DNA of 64,000 nucleotides from Negaprion brevirostris (GCA_030324005.1 JARDVH010000137.1:37015676-37079675), one strand, 5' to 3'; shown: positions 25,701 through 40,094, counted from the first letter of the stretch. Notes: a model not told the origin generated them from the letters alone. Translations and numbers: made by a program.

Positions 25701-28096
25701 ATCCTCACTTCTCTCTTCAATGTTAGGGTAACCTATTCCTCACCCACTGTTTGCTGGCTCATCAGGGCTTCCTCTACGCACCTCTGAAGTCAAAAGATGT
25801 CAGCAGCCTCATGCCCCAAGTTCAAACACTCACTCTTCACAAAGGCAAGCTTCTCATCCCCAGAACTGGCAACTCTGTGTCACTTCATGAGCAAATGAAT
25901 TGAAACCTCCCATTTCATACAACTTTTTCAGACAGCACTCTTTAGTCCAGATGTCACCCCACTGTGTTTGAGAGCTACGCCCTAACAAGGCCATTCGTTT
26001 TTGCCCATGCTTCTCAATTGAAAATGTCAAGCTGTTTCCTCCCAGATACTCAATGAGCTTAACAAGCAACTAAATGGAGGTACATGGGTGGCCAGCTCCC
26101 CCCTCCCACCTTCCCCTTGAAAACTGCTTTGCATCCGTGAGGCATCGGGAACTAGTGCCATCTCAAAATGCACAATTTTCCAAAGGGTGACTAAAAACAT
26201 GTGTATTCATTAAGTGAAATATCGGATTTATGCTTTGGCCAAAATCAGTAAGCTGAAGACAAACATATAGGAAAAAGATCTGAAAACCTAAAATTTATTT
26301 TAATACAGACCTGTAATCAGTTTTACAATAATTTAGACTATTTTAAAACAACAACCAAGCCCTTTCTCTCATCAGTAACATTAAGAAATAAAACAGGGCC
26401 CTATATCATACAAATTCTAACCTCTGAAATAAAATGCTGAAAATATAATAATTTTGGCTCATATATGAATGTTTATTGTTTAGCTTGATGCCAAACTATG
26501 CTTCTAAAATACCCAAGAAAACAGACTGCATAACTTCAATAAGTCCAAACTTTCTATCATTGTACTCACCATTAAGCATTATGGAACCGCGTGAACCACT
26601 TATCACATATAAAACAGTGAACAGGACACTGACCAGCAGTGAGAAATTCAAAAATGTCATAAAATTACACACCAAACAATTTTCCCAGTTGTGTGGCAGG
26701 CATAACCCTCAGGCCCATGTAATAGAAGTAGATGACTGCAGCAGAATAAGAAACATAAGTGTTAATAGAAATTGAGCCACTTGCTAAGAATAAATAATGG
26801 TCAGACAACTCTTAGCTAGCCTTGATGACACCTCCAGTAAGTTAAGAGAATTATCAACTGCATTACAACCAGGACTGGCAGCAAAATAAAGTGATTGACT
26901 TGTTTTTGTCTGCATTTGGGAATGTAATCTTCCTTCTTCAATCAAGAATGATTTCCATTATCTGAATTTGGTTTGATTGTACATAGCAAATAGTGCCAAC
27001 ATTACTGATTCCTGTGAGGCAAACCACAATGTGCTTGCCAAGTAAAAGAGGACTATAATGGCACCATTATTCCAGATATGTTCGCTAAAAACTAAATTAA
27101 ATAATACCAATAACTTGGCAGCTCAGAAGTTCTAGTGTTACAGAACTGGATTCTCTGCTTTGCTTCTTATTTGAACTTGCCTATATTCCTCGAGGGACTT
27201 TCACCAGTTTTGGCTCAGTTGGGTGTAGTACTTTACATTAAAGAAGTGTCCCCGTGTCAAGGAGAAATGAAAATGACAGTTTTATGCCTGCCTACAAAAT
27301 AGAAAGTCTTCAGCTTGGCACAGTTTGGGAGGAAGAAAGATAGGGGTGGAAACAAGAGAGACATGCACCTCCCAAAAACTGGGAAGAAATTGTGCATTTT
27401 GTTTCCAGAAGCCATATAGTAATAGTGGAGGTATTCGCATCGCGCAGGACAATTACTTTCACTTTAAAATGTTACCCACCCCCGTGATTGCCTAAGTCCA
27501 TCTGTTGCAAGATGGCCTAGAATTTAGATTTTATTTGGATTTAGTTTGCCTGCTTAACTTGACAATTTTCAAAATCTTTTTTATGAATATATATCCTGCA
27601 ATAGATTACCAAAGTCAAGCATCCATTTTATACGAACACCTTACCCAAAAAGATGTCATTTTATGATTCGAACACCCGCTGGCAAACTATGCAACATTTT
27701 AAGTATACAAGCCACTAGTGTTGTAAAGTAGCACCTGAACAATTGAAATTGATTATTAGAAGCACCTCAATTATTCTGTAATTGAAGGATAAATAATTAA
27801 TAATCAGATAGTTAATGAAAGTCAGATTAAATTTATTTTTCTGTGAGTATTCCTGTGCTAGAATCAAAGTCTGAGACTTCACCATCCAATAGAAGCCCCT
27901 GTCAGAATCCACTTTCCTTGACCACTACCGTATTGGACCTAATGAATATGGCATTTGTGCTGTAGAGATGTAAGGGGCATAATGAAATAATCCATTGTCT
28001 CATATTTAAAGTAATGTATGCAGATGGACAGATCCAATAACATTATTCTTACAACACTGTTGACCAACTGGCTATTCAATAACTTTGGATCAAGGT

Positions 28097-28415
28097 GGGT
28101 GGCACGGTGACACAGTGGTTAGCACTGCTGTCTCTTAGTGCCAGGGACCTGGGTTTGATTCTGGCCTTGGATAATTTGTGTAGTTTGGATTTCTCCCCGT
28201 GTCTGCATGGCTTTCCCTCTGGGTGCTCTGGGTTCCTTCCGTATTCCAAAGATGTGCAGGTTAGGTGGATTGGCCATGCTAAATTGACCCTCAGTGTCAC
28301 AGGGAATTAGTAGGGTAAATATATGGGGTAATGGGAATCGGGCCTGAGTGGGATTGTTGTTGGTGCAGTCTCAATGGGCCAAGTGGATTCTTTCTGCACT
28401 GTAGGGATTCTATGT
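28097..28415 (+). mobile_element. Full-length HE1/V-type tRNA SINE
   Basis: Head ggcacggtgacacagtggttagcactgctg, V-domain core, tail ctgcactgtagggattctatg. Confidence 0.85.
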
Positions 28416-28822
28416 TGCCAGAATTAGATAAAGAGGCTTTGGCGTTTACAAAAACATCTCCCCAAGTGAAAGAAAACCGACTGATTGTATTGCATTTTCT
28501 CCTATCAGGTTGAAAAGAAACTGTATGCATTGGGCCAAAGCAGCAGAATTCCTGTTGGTGTAGAACCCAGATAGTGCAGTTTCCTTCCCCGATAAAGGCA
28601 GAATTCTTGTCAGCGAGAAGGGTTTAGGTAATTTTTCACTTAGATTGGATTGATAATCCTTTTGAAGTCATGAAGTTTGGGGTGCGTTATTAATAAGTAT
28701 ACATTTTTGTTCTTTTATCTGATTGATAAGTGTCTTGCTACTTTATTTTGTGCAATAAATTTTGCTCCTACTTGCTAAGTTAGGGTCTCAGTCTTTGTCC
28801 GATGGTTATATGTATGCTAAAG

Positions 28823-29344
28823 CAGGGGTCTCCAAACTATGGCCCGCAGCCAGTGGGGCGGGACGGGATTCCCGCTGCCGAAAACACTCCCGCGTCCAGA
28901 ACCCTGCTGCTGACTCAGGATCCAGACACGGGGACGGAAGCCACAGGCCGGACATTTGTTGCTGCTCCATGTGGTGTCTGATGGAGTTTCAAGTAAACAT
29001 TTGTAAAATTTCAGTAAATAAAATTAATTAAAAAGTAAATAGCCTGCTTTTCTCATCTGCAGTTAAGTAATTGATTATTTTGTCAGAGCATTTGCTAATG
29101 TTTGACATTTTTACTCATTATATATCATTTCTCAGTGTAAGCTTGGCATTGTTTCTTTGTGATTGTCACATTTCTCTTTTATTCTGAATCATATCATGCT
29201 GATTACAAAGATGATCCAAATAAAACTTACTCATTCATTTAAATTTTATTCATTCATTTATAAAACGAATATTTTTTCTTTGGCCCCCGAAATTGTGTAA
29301 AATATACAATGTGGCCCTCATACTGAAAAGTTTGGAGACCCCTG
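28823..29344. mobile_element. hAT (Charlie-like) non-autonomous DNA transposon/MITE, 522 bp
   Basis: Perfect 16-bp TIRs CAGGGGTCTCCAAACT / AGTTTGGAGACCCCTG. The 8-bp flanks tgctaaag / gtttaaag match at 5 of 8 positions with a central TA. Confidence 0.85.
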
Positions 29345-29479
29345 GTTTAAAGGATTAATTTGGGATGAAGTAGTCAGGCAGCATTAAACTGTCTACATTT
29401 ATCAAAACACCCCCCTTTTTAAACATGCAGTGCTGCAATCCTTATGCGTGCATGGCTGTGGATCACTGTGGATCCTGGA

Positions 29480-29630
29480 ATCTTGAAATTAAAATAGGAA
29501 GTGCTGGAAAATCTCAGAGTTAATGTTTTGATTTCATTTGGAACAGTCGCAGAGAAGAGTGATATTGCACTTGAAACATTAACTCAGTTTCTTTCTCCAC
29601 AGATACTTCCAGACCTGCTGACTATTCAAA
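29480..29630. mobile_element. Short palindromic Penelope-related element
   Basis: aaaataggaagtgctggaaaatctcag...tgaaacattaactcagtttctttctccacagatacttccagacctgctgactatt. Confidence 0.55.
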
Positions 29631-29751
29631 GGGTAGAATTTTATGCATGGCTAATGATTGGGGCTCACTACCCCAATAGTCGGTGCCTAACGCGCAGCCA
29701 CCAACTCTTGAATTCTGACTGCCATTTAATGCACACTTGAGTGTTGATTCA

Positions 29752-29848
29752 GTAAGAAGTCTCACAACACCAGGTTAAAGTCCAACAGGTTTATTTGGAA
29801 TCACAAGCTTTCATAGCGCTGCTCCCTCATCAGGTGAGTGGAGAGGTA
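29752..29848 (-). mobile_element. Penelope pseudo-LTR fragment
   Basis: Same terminal sequence as 22100-22190 (agaagtctcacaacaccaggttaaagtccaacaggtttatttgg). Confidence 0.75.
29801..29837 (-). ncRNA. Minimal type I hammerhead ribozyme-like motif
   Basis: Minus strand reads TCAC-CTGATGA-GGGAGCAGCGCTAT-GAAA-GCTT-GTGA. Core boxes CUGAUGA and GAAA are intact, stem I is TCAC/GTGA, AGCT is palindromic, and stem II is partly mismatched. Confidence 0.6.
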
Positions 29849-32800
29849 GGATTGGCAGAGGGTCTTGGAAGGAGGTCTCGCTCTTGAGAACTGTCAACCA
29901 ATCAGATTGGCTGACAGCTCTTCAACCTGGATAGGCACAGTTCTGCAGTGGCCAGTAGAAGTACTGCAGTGTTTGCCTGGGGCGCAATCCCAGGATATTC
30001 AGTAAGGTGAGTCCCGGATGGGAGGAGGAGAAACCCGAATTTCGGGAGCAGAGGGGTTGGGGGGCATCGCAGCAATGTCATTCTGTACATTATCCATTTC
30101 TGTTTTCTCCTTAGTATTGGTGGCTCGTGTTTTCAATCACAAAAAGAACTCTTACTGACAACGGAACAAATGATACCAATCAATAAGGAATATTTCTAAA
30201 ATTTAAGGTTATAGTTTTCTTCGCCAAGTGGAAGATCCCGTTATGTCTGAAAGTTCAGCACACAGATAAGCTATTAAAAGGCAAAAGTTGGAAGCATGAT
30301 TTCAGAGATTCTGAAAATAAATAAAACTTTTCAAGCAAGTCTACCTTCACGAATGTTGTCATTACAAGAATGGTAAACTGTTTGTGGTTTGCTCAATCAG
30401 GCCAATACTACTTCAACTATGCTAATAGAAAGTTGGTCAAGTTTGTACATAGAATTAAACATCGGTCTTTTGCTAATGGTAACTGAGTCTTCAAGTCTGC
30501 AGGGATAATTATGGCAAAGAGTTTAAAAAAAACAGACTGAAGAAAACCAGTTTGGAATTCTCACACCACAACAAAGGTAAACTGAATATTGTCAAAGAAA
30601 AATTCCTGTAACTATACTAACTTTGGTTAAAAAAGGTTCTGATATCTGGTTAAATAGAAAGCTTTAATTTAATTCAAAATGTTAATTAATATAACTATTC
30701 TGGATCCTTTCTGCCCAAATGCAATGGAATGTTGTTTTAAACTGAGGTTTGGATTGCTTTTTCTACAAGTGAAAAGGCATTTGTTGGATAATGTCACATA
30801 TATAACAATTTACCATAATGGCCATATTCAAACTGTAGTGAAAAGCCTTTAAAATGAGATTTTGATCAAACCCATTAATGAATTAATGAATAGAGGCATG
30901 TGATAATCGATTATTGTACCGCTGTACTCAATTCATTAATCTTGTTTTATATCAATTTTCTGGAATTGAACTTTGCTCTAATAATTTCAACATTGGCTTC
31001 ATTACAATCTGGAATCAGTGATAATTACAACTATGAAATAATCATCCTGAAACATATATTTGGGGGTGGGGACCATCTTACACAGTCAAAACCAAAAATA
31101 TGAAAAAAAACCACTAAATTCTACAAACAAGGTTTTGAGGCTAACAGAAAAATACACATCAAACTGTTACAACCCATCAACGATATCCTACTTCTGGGAA
31201 AAACAGTTGGCAAAATTTTCCAGTTCCAAAGATTTGCAGTTTAGTACCAACAGTTCAGTTTTATAAACATTTGCTTTTCGGTACTGGACTCTGAGCATTT
31301 CAATGACAGCCTCAGTCACATAGCCTTGCAAGGTCATACGTTTGATCCTCAATCTGTGTGCTGCATTAGTAGTTGTTTGGCAGGGTATAGTTGGGGTACG
31401 ACAATTTGTTAGACATAGGCATAGAATGGGGTGGAGAATTAGCCATATTTTCCACTCCAGGTGAGAATCCCATGAGTCATACAAGAATGTACACAGGGAA
31501 GGAGGTAAAGAGGGGGTGCAGAATGTAGTGTTACAGTCATAAGCTGGGGTGTAGAGAAAGATTGGCTTAATATATGGTAGGTCCATTCAAAAGTCTGATG
31601 GCATTAGGTGACAATCGTTGAATAGACAGGTAACATGCATCGTCAAAGCTCACATAAGTGACCACTAGAATGAGGAACGAGAGGATGACCAACAACCATG
31701 GAACCATATCCCAACAAGCAATCAAGGCCTCCAGAACAGGAGTCAATGGGAAGAAACAGGAAAAAGAACATCCTTTTCAACTGTTAAAGGGTTGACAAAA
31801 CAGTCATGCAATGTGATACACTTTGCTCCAATTTACATATTGCTTTGCTCAATCTTGGCAATAACTGGAACTCAGCTTTAGAGATAAAGATCAGCTGACC
31901 TAATCAATGGAAGCTTGAGCGAGATTGAAATCAAAGTGTGTTAATTTGAATTACACATCTTTACGGCCATTGTCGGTACAAGTTACTTCAAATCCAGCTG
32001 AGTTGTTCTATTAAGAATCTGCTAATTCAAAAGAATACCATAAATTCCTCAGAACAAAAAGCAAAGGAACTAAAAATCGTATATATTTAACAACATCAAT
32101 CATGTTTGCTCCAATAGTAACCACTGGATTAATATTCAATCCTCAAAAACAGTAACGACTTGTGTTTATGCGTCACCTTTGACATAATAAAATATACCAA
32201 GTCATTACACAGGAACGTTAGTTAAATATGACCCAAACTGCAAAGGACGATATTAGAACTGATGATCAAAAATAGGTTTAAGGAGCATTTTAAAGAGAGA
32301 ACAGAAGTAGAGAGATGAATGGTGCTAGGAAGGGAATTTCCATGGTTTGACCAAGCACTTTTAGCTTGTACACAATGGAGTGGTATTTTTCATCACAAAA
32401 ATCAAGGGAAATGGATGACATCCATGTAATCTGCTGGAAACTAAAATTAGCGGTTTATAATCAAACTTGGGAACATTAATCGAAACACAGGAGTGAATAA
32501 ATACCCAGGTAATATCTACCAGTGAAACTCAATACCTTATCATGAGAGCACGTGGCAGGGAAAAGTCTCAAACGCAGCCAAGTCAAGTCCTGTCAAGTCT
32601 AAAGCAAACAATTGGGCAANNNNNNNNNNNNNNNNNNNNNNNNNNNNNNNNNNNNNNNNNNNNNNNNNNNNNNNNNNNNNNNNNNNNNNNNNNNNNNNNN
32701 NNNNNNNNNNNNNNNNNNNCGAGATTTCTGAATTTCTACACTCTTAACAAATAATTTGCTTGAGTGTTGAAATTGTTCATAAAAAATTCAAGAAATAATG

Positions 32801-35800
32801 AAATTATCTGTTTATGATCACCATTCTGATTGCGACTGAGTTCTGGACTCCTGCAGTAGTCTGCCGCCAGCTGTTTTCAGTATGCAATTTGCAAAAGTTT
32901 GCAGTGATAGAAATCTGCTGTTTTAGCATAATACACAAACCAACTTCCCTAGACATCTTAAACTTAAATGCTCATTTTTTTCTGGCCCATTGACTTAAGT
33001 GCCTTGGTTAAAAATTACCGACAACACTCAGGTGTTGCAAGTAGGCAGTGAAAGTCTTGCAACTCAAACAAGTAGCGTTAAGACAGAATTCAGTGGTGCA
33101 CAGGATGCAAGTCCACTGCCCAAAATTTTTCTCAAAGACAAAATATCAAATCTGGGATTGCGAGTTCAAATAAGTCCTCTCTTTGCAGTAAACAGTTGTG
33201 GGAAATGTTTGCAAATTATTGTTCGTGTTACAGGTAAAATTTGCTCTTACTACATTCAGCCTACTTGCCTGAATACTACTGGTAAGTTGCAACCAAGCCA
33301 ACTCAATCGTAAAGACTCTGAATCTTAAACTACCTGTCCGGGATTGGCAATTCCACTGGTTTAAGATGAGGCACCCAATTTATGAATACTAGTGATCTAT
33401 TTGTGTGGCAAAAAATTCATACAGCACAGCACATTCTTTCAGAAACCACACTGCACTGCACAAATTATAAGCAGCTAAATTCATGAATTAGATGCAATTT
33501 TTACCCAAGTATTTTTATGTTCTGCAGAATGGAACAACGCAAATTCTGCTTCTCTCAACTTACTTATAAAACTACTAAATTTAGCAGTTTATTAACTTCA
33601 GCAGTTTTATATGTATAAGTTATATGNNNNNNNNNNNNNNNGTATAATTATTAGGGATTACAAAAAGGTCTGAAGTTTTTTGAAATTACTCTTGTAATTA
33701 TAGCACTTTTTATGACTTATAGTGAAGTGCAAATGTTTATGGGCCACTTCAAATGGATGGAATTATTAATCTTCAACTGGGTAGGAACAGTAATTCTCCT
33801 TTTACCTCCTATCAAGGCTGTGGATAGTTAGAAGCCCCAAAGGATAGGATGAATCCAGACTAGATCTCAACAATTTTCTATTTTGGCATTCATATAATGT
33901 TTCACTCCAGGCACAATTCTACTGACACTGGAAAGTTCATTGCAGTGTTAATGTAAGCCTTGCTTGAGACTAATAAATAAACTTTATTGTTTTCTTCTGG
34001 CAGCCCAGGCAGCAACTGCTTGTATTTTAAAATGAAAATGAAACTGGCCTTTCCTGCAAGCTTAGCTCCTCCAATTAATCACATCATTCGGTCCCTGTCA
34101 ATCAACAAAATCAAAATTCTGCATATCTAGTCTAAAATTCCAGAAGAACCTAAATAAACAAAAGGTCCATTCACTCAACAATGCAATACATTCCTAGCTA
34201 AAATCTGTTATTATGGTGCATTTTCAGTGCTTAAGCTGAAGGGTTTCCCAGATAAATCAACCCCTGCAACAAAACACTGCTTCTTAAAGTGACCCCACTT
34301 GAAACATAAAATATATTGAAATAGCACAGTATAATTGCACAATGCATTTGTATCTAGCATTCAATGAAGTTATGGCATGTAAAACAGCATGAAGTCCATA
34401 CCAACCTTGCTGGATTATGTCCATGTGAAACCAAGCGATAGCCTAGAGCTTGCAAGCTATTTTTTAACGTGACCCCATTTTAACTCACCACCNNNNNNNN
34501 NNTCACCACCACTTTCTCAGTGGCAACTGGGGATGGGCAACTAATGCTGACCCTGCTGGTTGCGCATACATCCCATATACAAATAAATGTTAAAAAAACT
34601 TGAAAATTAAAATGACTCCAGACACGAGCAGAAATAAAACAGTAATAGAGCAGCAGAGTAACATTCAAATTTATAAGTTTGCATTTTTCTACATCAACAT
34701 ATAATATAGTAGAAAATGAAAATCTGTTACTTCGAATTACTTTGAAGTGTTATTATTTTAGGAACTCATACAAGTTTCAGCCAAGCTATTCATTTTCACT
34801 GGTGACAGATTTACTGAGTCCCCTCTCCTTCCAATCCCCTAACACATACATTGCAATTAGCCCCTCTCCCCCCCCTACACTCACCCTCTGCCCAAAGCCA
34901 CTCCATCCACCAACCCTCACTCATTCACTCGGCAGTCTGTCCTTTCTAGCAGCCTTACAACAACACCGAGCTGTCCTGGGACTCTATAGGCCCTTTCATG
35001 GCCAAGCCATCATGATTGATAAGAGTCAGCAATTCACTACAGCCAGCCAAAGCTTAGGCTCTGTTGCTCCTTCCTCCCTTTGGCCCCTTGCCTGCCTAAC
35101 TTGTGGTTNNNNNNNNNNNNNNNNNNNNNNNNNNNNNNNNNNNNNNNNNNNNNNNNNNNNNNNNNNNNNNNNNNNNNNNNNNNNNNNNNNNNNNNNNNNN
35201 NNNNNNNNGTTCCACAAATGGCCTAGAGTTGGGCTCACAGTTGCCTTCACCCCCACCTGCCGAACTCTGCAGTTCCACAGAGCAGCCAGTGGCTGAGACC
35301 ACACTTCCAGTGGGGTGAGTGCCAGCGAGCGAGTCTGGATGTGAATCCAAGTGGCATTCTCCCAGCCTAAGGAATGGCAGTGATTTTCCTAGCTTTGTGA
35401 GGAGACCATGTTGGAGGCAGAGGTGGCAAAAAGGAGGCGGAGGCAGTTGGAATTTCATGATCAAACAGTCAGAATTCAGCCAAACGGCAGAGCTTTCTCA
35501 TCCCCAAAATACTCAGGGTTTGAAATTCAAAATAGTCAGCCCAGATGTAAGGTCATTGACCCAAAACATTAACTCGAAGGCTGCCAGACCTGCTAAGTAT
35601 TTTACAGCATGAACAAACATTTTGCTTTCATGAAAGCGATTTTCAGTTGTCTGGATCATAGATCAATCTGAAAATGATATCTATTGAGTGTGAAACTTTC
35701 CTCATCAATAAAGATCCAGCCATTTTTGGCTTCAGTTTAGCAAAAACACAGTTTTCCTTAAATGCTGACTGTGTATTTCCAGGCTGCTTCTGTTTTATTC

Positions 35801-36169
35801 CCTTCTGACATTCACAGACAACAGAATTATGTTTGAAAAGCCATTATGCCATGACAAAGATTACTTAATACTTATAATGTTCCGATACTTTCTCTTCTGT
35901 CTGTAGTCTGTACACTACAGATGTACAGATTCTGCATACTGAATCATTTTGAAACAGTTCATTTTTTCTCCTTTTGCACATCTATCCTGTAGCACATTAT
36001 AGCAAATACTTTTGGGGATTTAATAATTAATGAATGTATTAACTTCAGTTTTTCTCCTTATCAATCCCCATCTCTCTCCCAGTACATCTTATGCTTGCAG
36101 TGATCTACAGATTAATTGTAAGCTTTGGTGTATAATCAATCAGGGTTTTTAACTCCAATAATGAAATTA

Positions 36170-36355
<186 letters not shown>

Positions 36356-36444
36356 TTATGTAATGCATGGGAGCAAATTAAACAACACAAGTCATTTTAG
36401 CTTACATTAGACATATATAACGCAACATATAGAATGATAAATAG

Positions 36445-36735
36445 AATGACAGAATCCCTACAATGCAGAAAGAGACCATTCGGCCCATCAACAATCCCAC
36501 CCAGGCCCTATCACGATAACCCATTTATCCTAGCTAATCCCCCTGACTCTAAGGGTCAATTTAGCATGGTCAATCCACCTATCTGCACACCTTTGGACTA
36601 TGAGAGGAAACCGGAGAACCCGGAGGAAATCCACGTAGACAGGGAGAGATTGTGCAAACTTCACACAGACAGTGACCCAAGCTGGGAATCGAACCTGGGT
36701 GCTGCAAGGCAGCAGTGCTAACCACTGTGCTACCC
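36445..36735 (-). mobile_element. HE1/V-type tRNA SINE
   Basis: Reverse complement of head, V core and tail (…gcagcagtgctaaccactgtgc). Confidence 0.85.
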
Positions 36736-36984
36736 ATCGGTTATGTCAAAAAAAGGGAATACATTTTTGAGGGAGCAGAATGCACAGGTCCAAATTTCAA
36801 ACATTTTTAGATAAAAAACGGTTTCTTTTGGCATATGGCAAAGTATGAAGCCATCCATCTTAGGTCCCAAAATAGATAGATCAGATATTTTTTCCACAGT
36901 GAGAATTTGAGAGCTGTGGAAGAGCAGAAAGATTTAGAAACCACAAAAAGGACAGGTACAAAAAAAATTTTTTTAATTAATAGA

Positions 36985-37560
36985 ATATTGACCTTTATCT
37001 CAAAGGGGGCGAATATACAAAGAGGTGGTAGTTGTGTTGCACAAAGATAAAGTTCTGGTTAGATCTCACTTTATTGCGTTCAGTTCCAGCCATCACACCG
37101 GAGGGCTTACATATTGGTCTTGGGGAGTGCTGTGCAACACAGTTTCCCCAGAACAATGCTAGAGCTAAGAGAGTTAAATTATGCAAACCGACTGTATAGC
37201 TTTTTATTCCCTTCTGTACATGAGAACAAGGAATGATCTAACTGTGGCGTTTCAAGCTGAGTAAGGGAGTTGAGGGCCAGCAGAAACTATTTCTATTGGG
37301 GAGTTCAGACAAGGGGAATAACCTTGAAATTAGAGTTAACATTAGGAAGCACTTCTTCACACAAAGGGCAGTGGAAATCTGGAAAACTCTTCCCCAAAAA
37401 GCTGCTAGAGGCCAGCCCAATTGAAAATTTCAAAACTCATACTGATAGCTTTTTGTTAGGCAAGGGTATAATAGGTTATGGTTATTAAAGGTAATGGAAT
37501 CAAACCATGATCCAAGTGGTGGAATTAAGGGATTGAATGGTCTACACTTGTATTCTTTTG
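36985..37560 (+). mobile_element. CR1 LINE 3' fragment, decayed
   Basis: RKHFFTQRAVEIWKTLP motif (37344-37395) and CR1-like tail. Confidence 0.75.
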
Positions 37561-37628
37561 TATCCTAATATCTTTCAGCCCACTTCTGTTGCATAGCTGC
37601 AATGTCACTTAAATAACAGGTGGTTACA

Positions 37629-38698
37629 GGATTGTGCTGAAGCTCATGCACAGCATTGGGGAATGCTGAAAGCACAGGTTGAGAGTAACAAATGAAGGGA
37701 GATAGGCACCAAAACAAAGTGAATAATGCAGAGAAAACCAGTGTAGTGACTGAAAAATGGGCTAACAAAGGTGGCATAGGAGACTGCAATAATCTGTAGC
37801 TGGACCAGCTAATGCTCAAACAAGGCATCCTGCATCTTTATCCCTAATTCATTTATATTTGCTTTATCAACTTCTCGTAGTTATTTAGAGAAACAAAGTA
37901 GCAAGGTGTTGGACTATAATAGTGACAAAACTTTCTTCAGCTAGAAACCAATATTAGGACACTGAAAATACACTTTTGGCATTCCAAATCTTCGCTTGTG
38001 ATCGAAAAGGAATCACTTCGTACCATCATTGCCAATGTTAATGCTTTGGGAGTGTTATACACAATAAATTCCAGGTTCTGAAGGTTTTAAAATTAAGCTA
38101 AAAACAAACTTGCCATCAGGAGAATTACTCAATGTCTGGATTAAGAAGCTGATAATATTACATATGGACCAATTTACCCTGAAGTCAAATCAGTCAGTCA
38201 GATGCTCCATTGACTTTTCATTCAACAAGCCTCTACGAGCCTGACGTTTTCAAATAAAATCAACCCCATGCAAGGTATCTTTATGGATTTACACTAGTGA
38301 GTTACCAATTGCATGCTTGCCAAAATTAAACTTAACTCTTTGTTTTCTACAATAATTATTTTGTTCTAATATTGGTTTGTAACCGAAGAAACAAGGTACA
38401 TTCCCAACACCTTATTACTTTGTTTCTCTAAATAACTATGAGAGGCTCATAAAACAAATACAAATGAATTAGGGATAAAGATGCTGGATGCTTAGTTTGA
38501 GCATTAGCTTCTTCAGTTCCAGATTATTGCAGTCTCCCATGCCACCTTTGTTAGTCCACTTTTCAATCACTATACTGGTTGTCTTTGCGACTCTGCAATA
38601 TCCACTTTGTTTTGGTGCCTATCTCCCTTCACTTGTAACTACTCTCCATCTGTGCTTTCATCATTCCCCAAAACTGTGCATCAGGTTCAGCACAATCC
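37629..38698. repeat. Long imperfect inverted repeat (arms 37629-37912 and 38404-38698, spacer ~490 bp)
   Basis: The arms are reverse complements along their length. The ORF track shows the mirrored peptides 37565-37828(-) and 38488-38742(+) (RLLQSPMPPLL). Confidence 0.9.
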
Positions 38699-38957
38699 CC
38701 TCACTCCTCAAGTTCTTGCACGACAAACATGTTTTAATTTGAAAGTTTAACATTTCAATGCACCTAATTCATCATAGGCTGCTTTTGTCTGTTTATACTT
38801 TAAAATCTTTTAGTTAAATCCAGTGCATCAACCTTTAATACCCATTTTAAAATAGATTTCAGTTATATGTGATTATCAAAATTGTATTAAATTGCACAAC
38901 CGTCTAATCATTCAAGGGAAATAATGAGGAGACGAGTCTGGGTCTTTTAATAACTCA

Positions 38958-39140
<183 letters not shown>

Positions 39141-40010
39141 TCATTGTCACAGAATTCTATGGTTTTAAAGCTTGCAAGATTAACCAGCTAGACAAAAACA
39201 GAATATCTGGTCACTATCAAATTACTTATGTACAAATTGGCTGCCGCAGTTCTTACATTACAGCAGTGACTGCACTTCAGAAGTATGTAATTAACTGGAG
39301 AATGGAGAATACTCATTCAGAAAGGAACCATACACATCGAGAGGTGAAGTTGAGGCGACGAAGAGAGCGTACAAACTTCCAAACAAACCACCCTTGAAAT
39401 ACTATCTACCTCACAGGTTGCAGAATCTACAGACCACACATTGGGATGTCCTAAAGTGCTTCACAGCCAATATTTAGTCACTTCTATAATTTTGAAATAT
39501 AGCAGCCAATTTACACAGCAAAAGTGTCAACATTAACCTTCCTAGTTGTCAGAAGTTATGACAAAGCTGAAAATAACTTCACTGTATTCAGTTTAGTTAA
39601 GTGTGACAGTATTGCCCAATGCTGTTAGTTTGAGGCCTGGTACCAGTCTTTTGAACTCATCAGTGCTGANNNNNNNNNNGTTGCACCTAACAACTTTTGC
39701 AGAGTCAATGCATTTTGCACTGATGGTGATGTGGCTATGGTTATGGTTAAATTGTATACCCTTTCTGCAGCAGAGACGTCAAGTGCAGATGGTTGGAAGG
39801 TAAGGAGAATTTACAGGTAGTTACAAAAAAAAAGGAATTATGTAATAAACATCTGCTTATTTTCTATTATGAAACGACTTTGCTTGCTACTAAAGTATAG
39901 CATCATTAATGTGCAGAATATATTGAGAACCTAAAATCAAATAGCTAACGTCAAACGTAAGTAATCTCATGGTAATTACGGCTGGAATCAGTGAAGAATT
40001 TTATACTCAC

Positions 40011-40094
40011 TTATCAGGAGAGATAAGCTGAGGGTGTGTTTGCACCAGCAATATTGTTAACTCCATCAAACTTGTCATGGCAGCTTCCCGTACC
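40011..40094 (-). CDS. TBCD: TBCD coding exon (84 bp): VREAAMTSLMELTILLVQTHPQLISPD
   Basis: Acceptor caacag|G and donor AA|gtgagt. Matches human 'WVRKAAMTSLMDLTLLL'. Confidence 0.96.
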
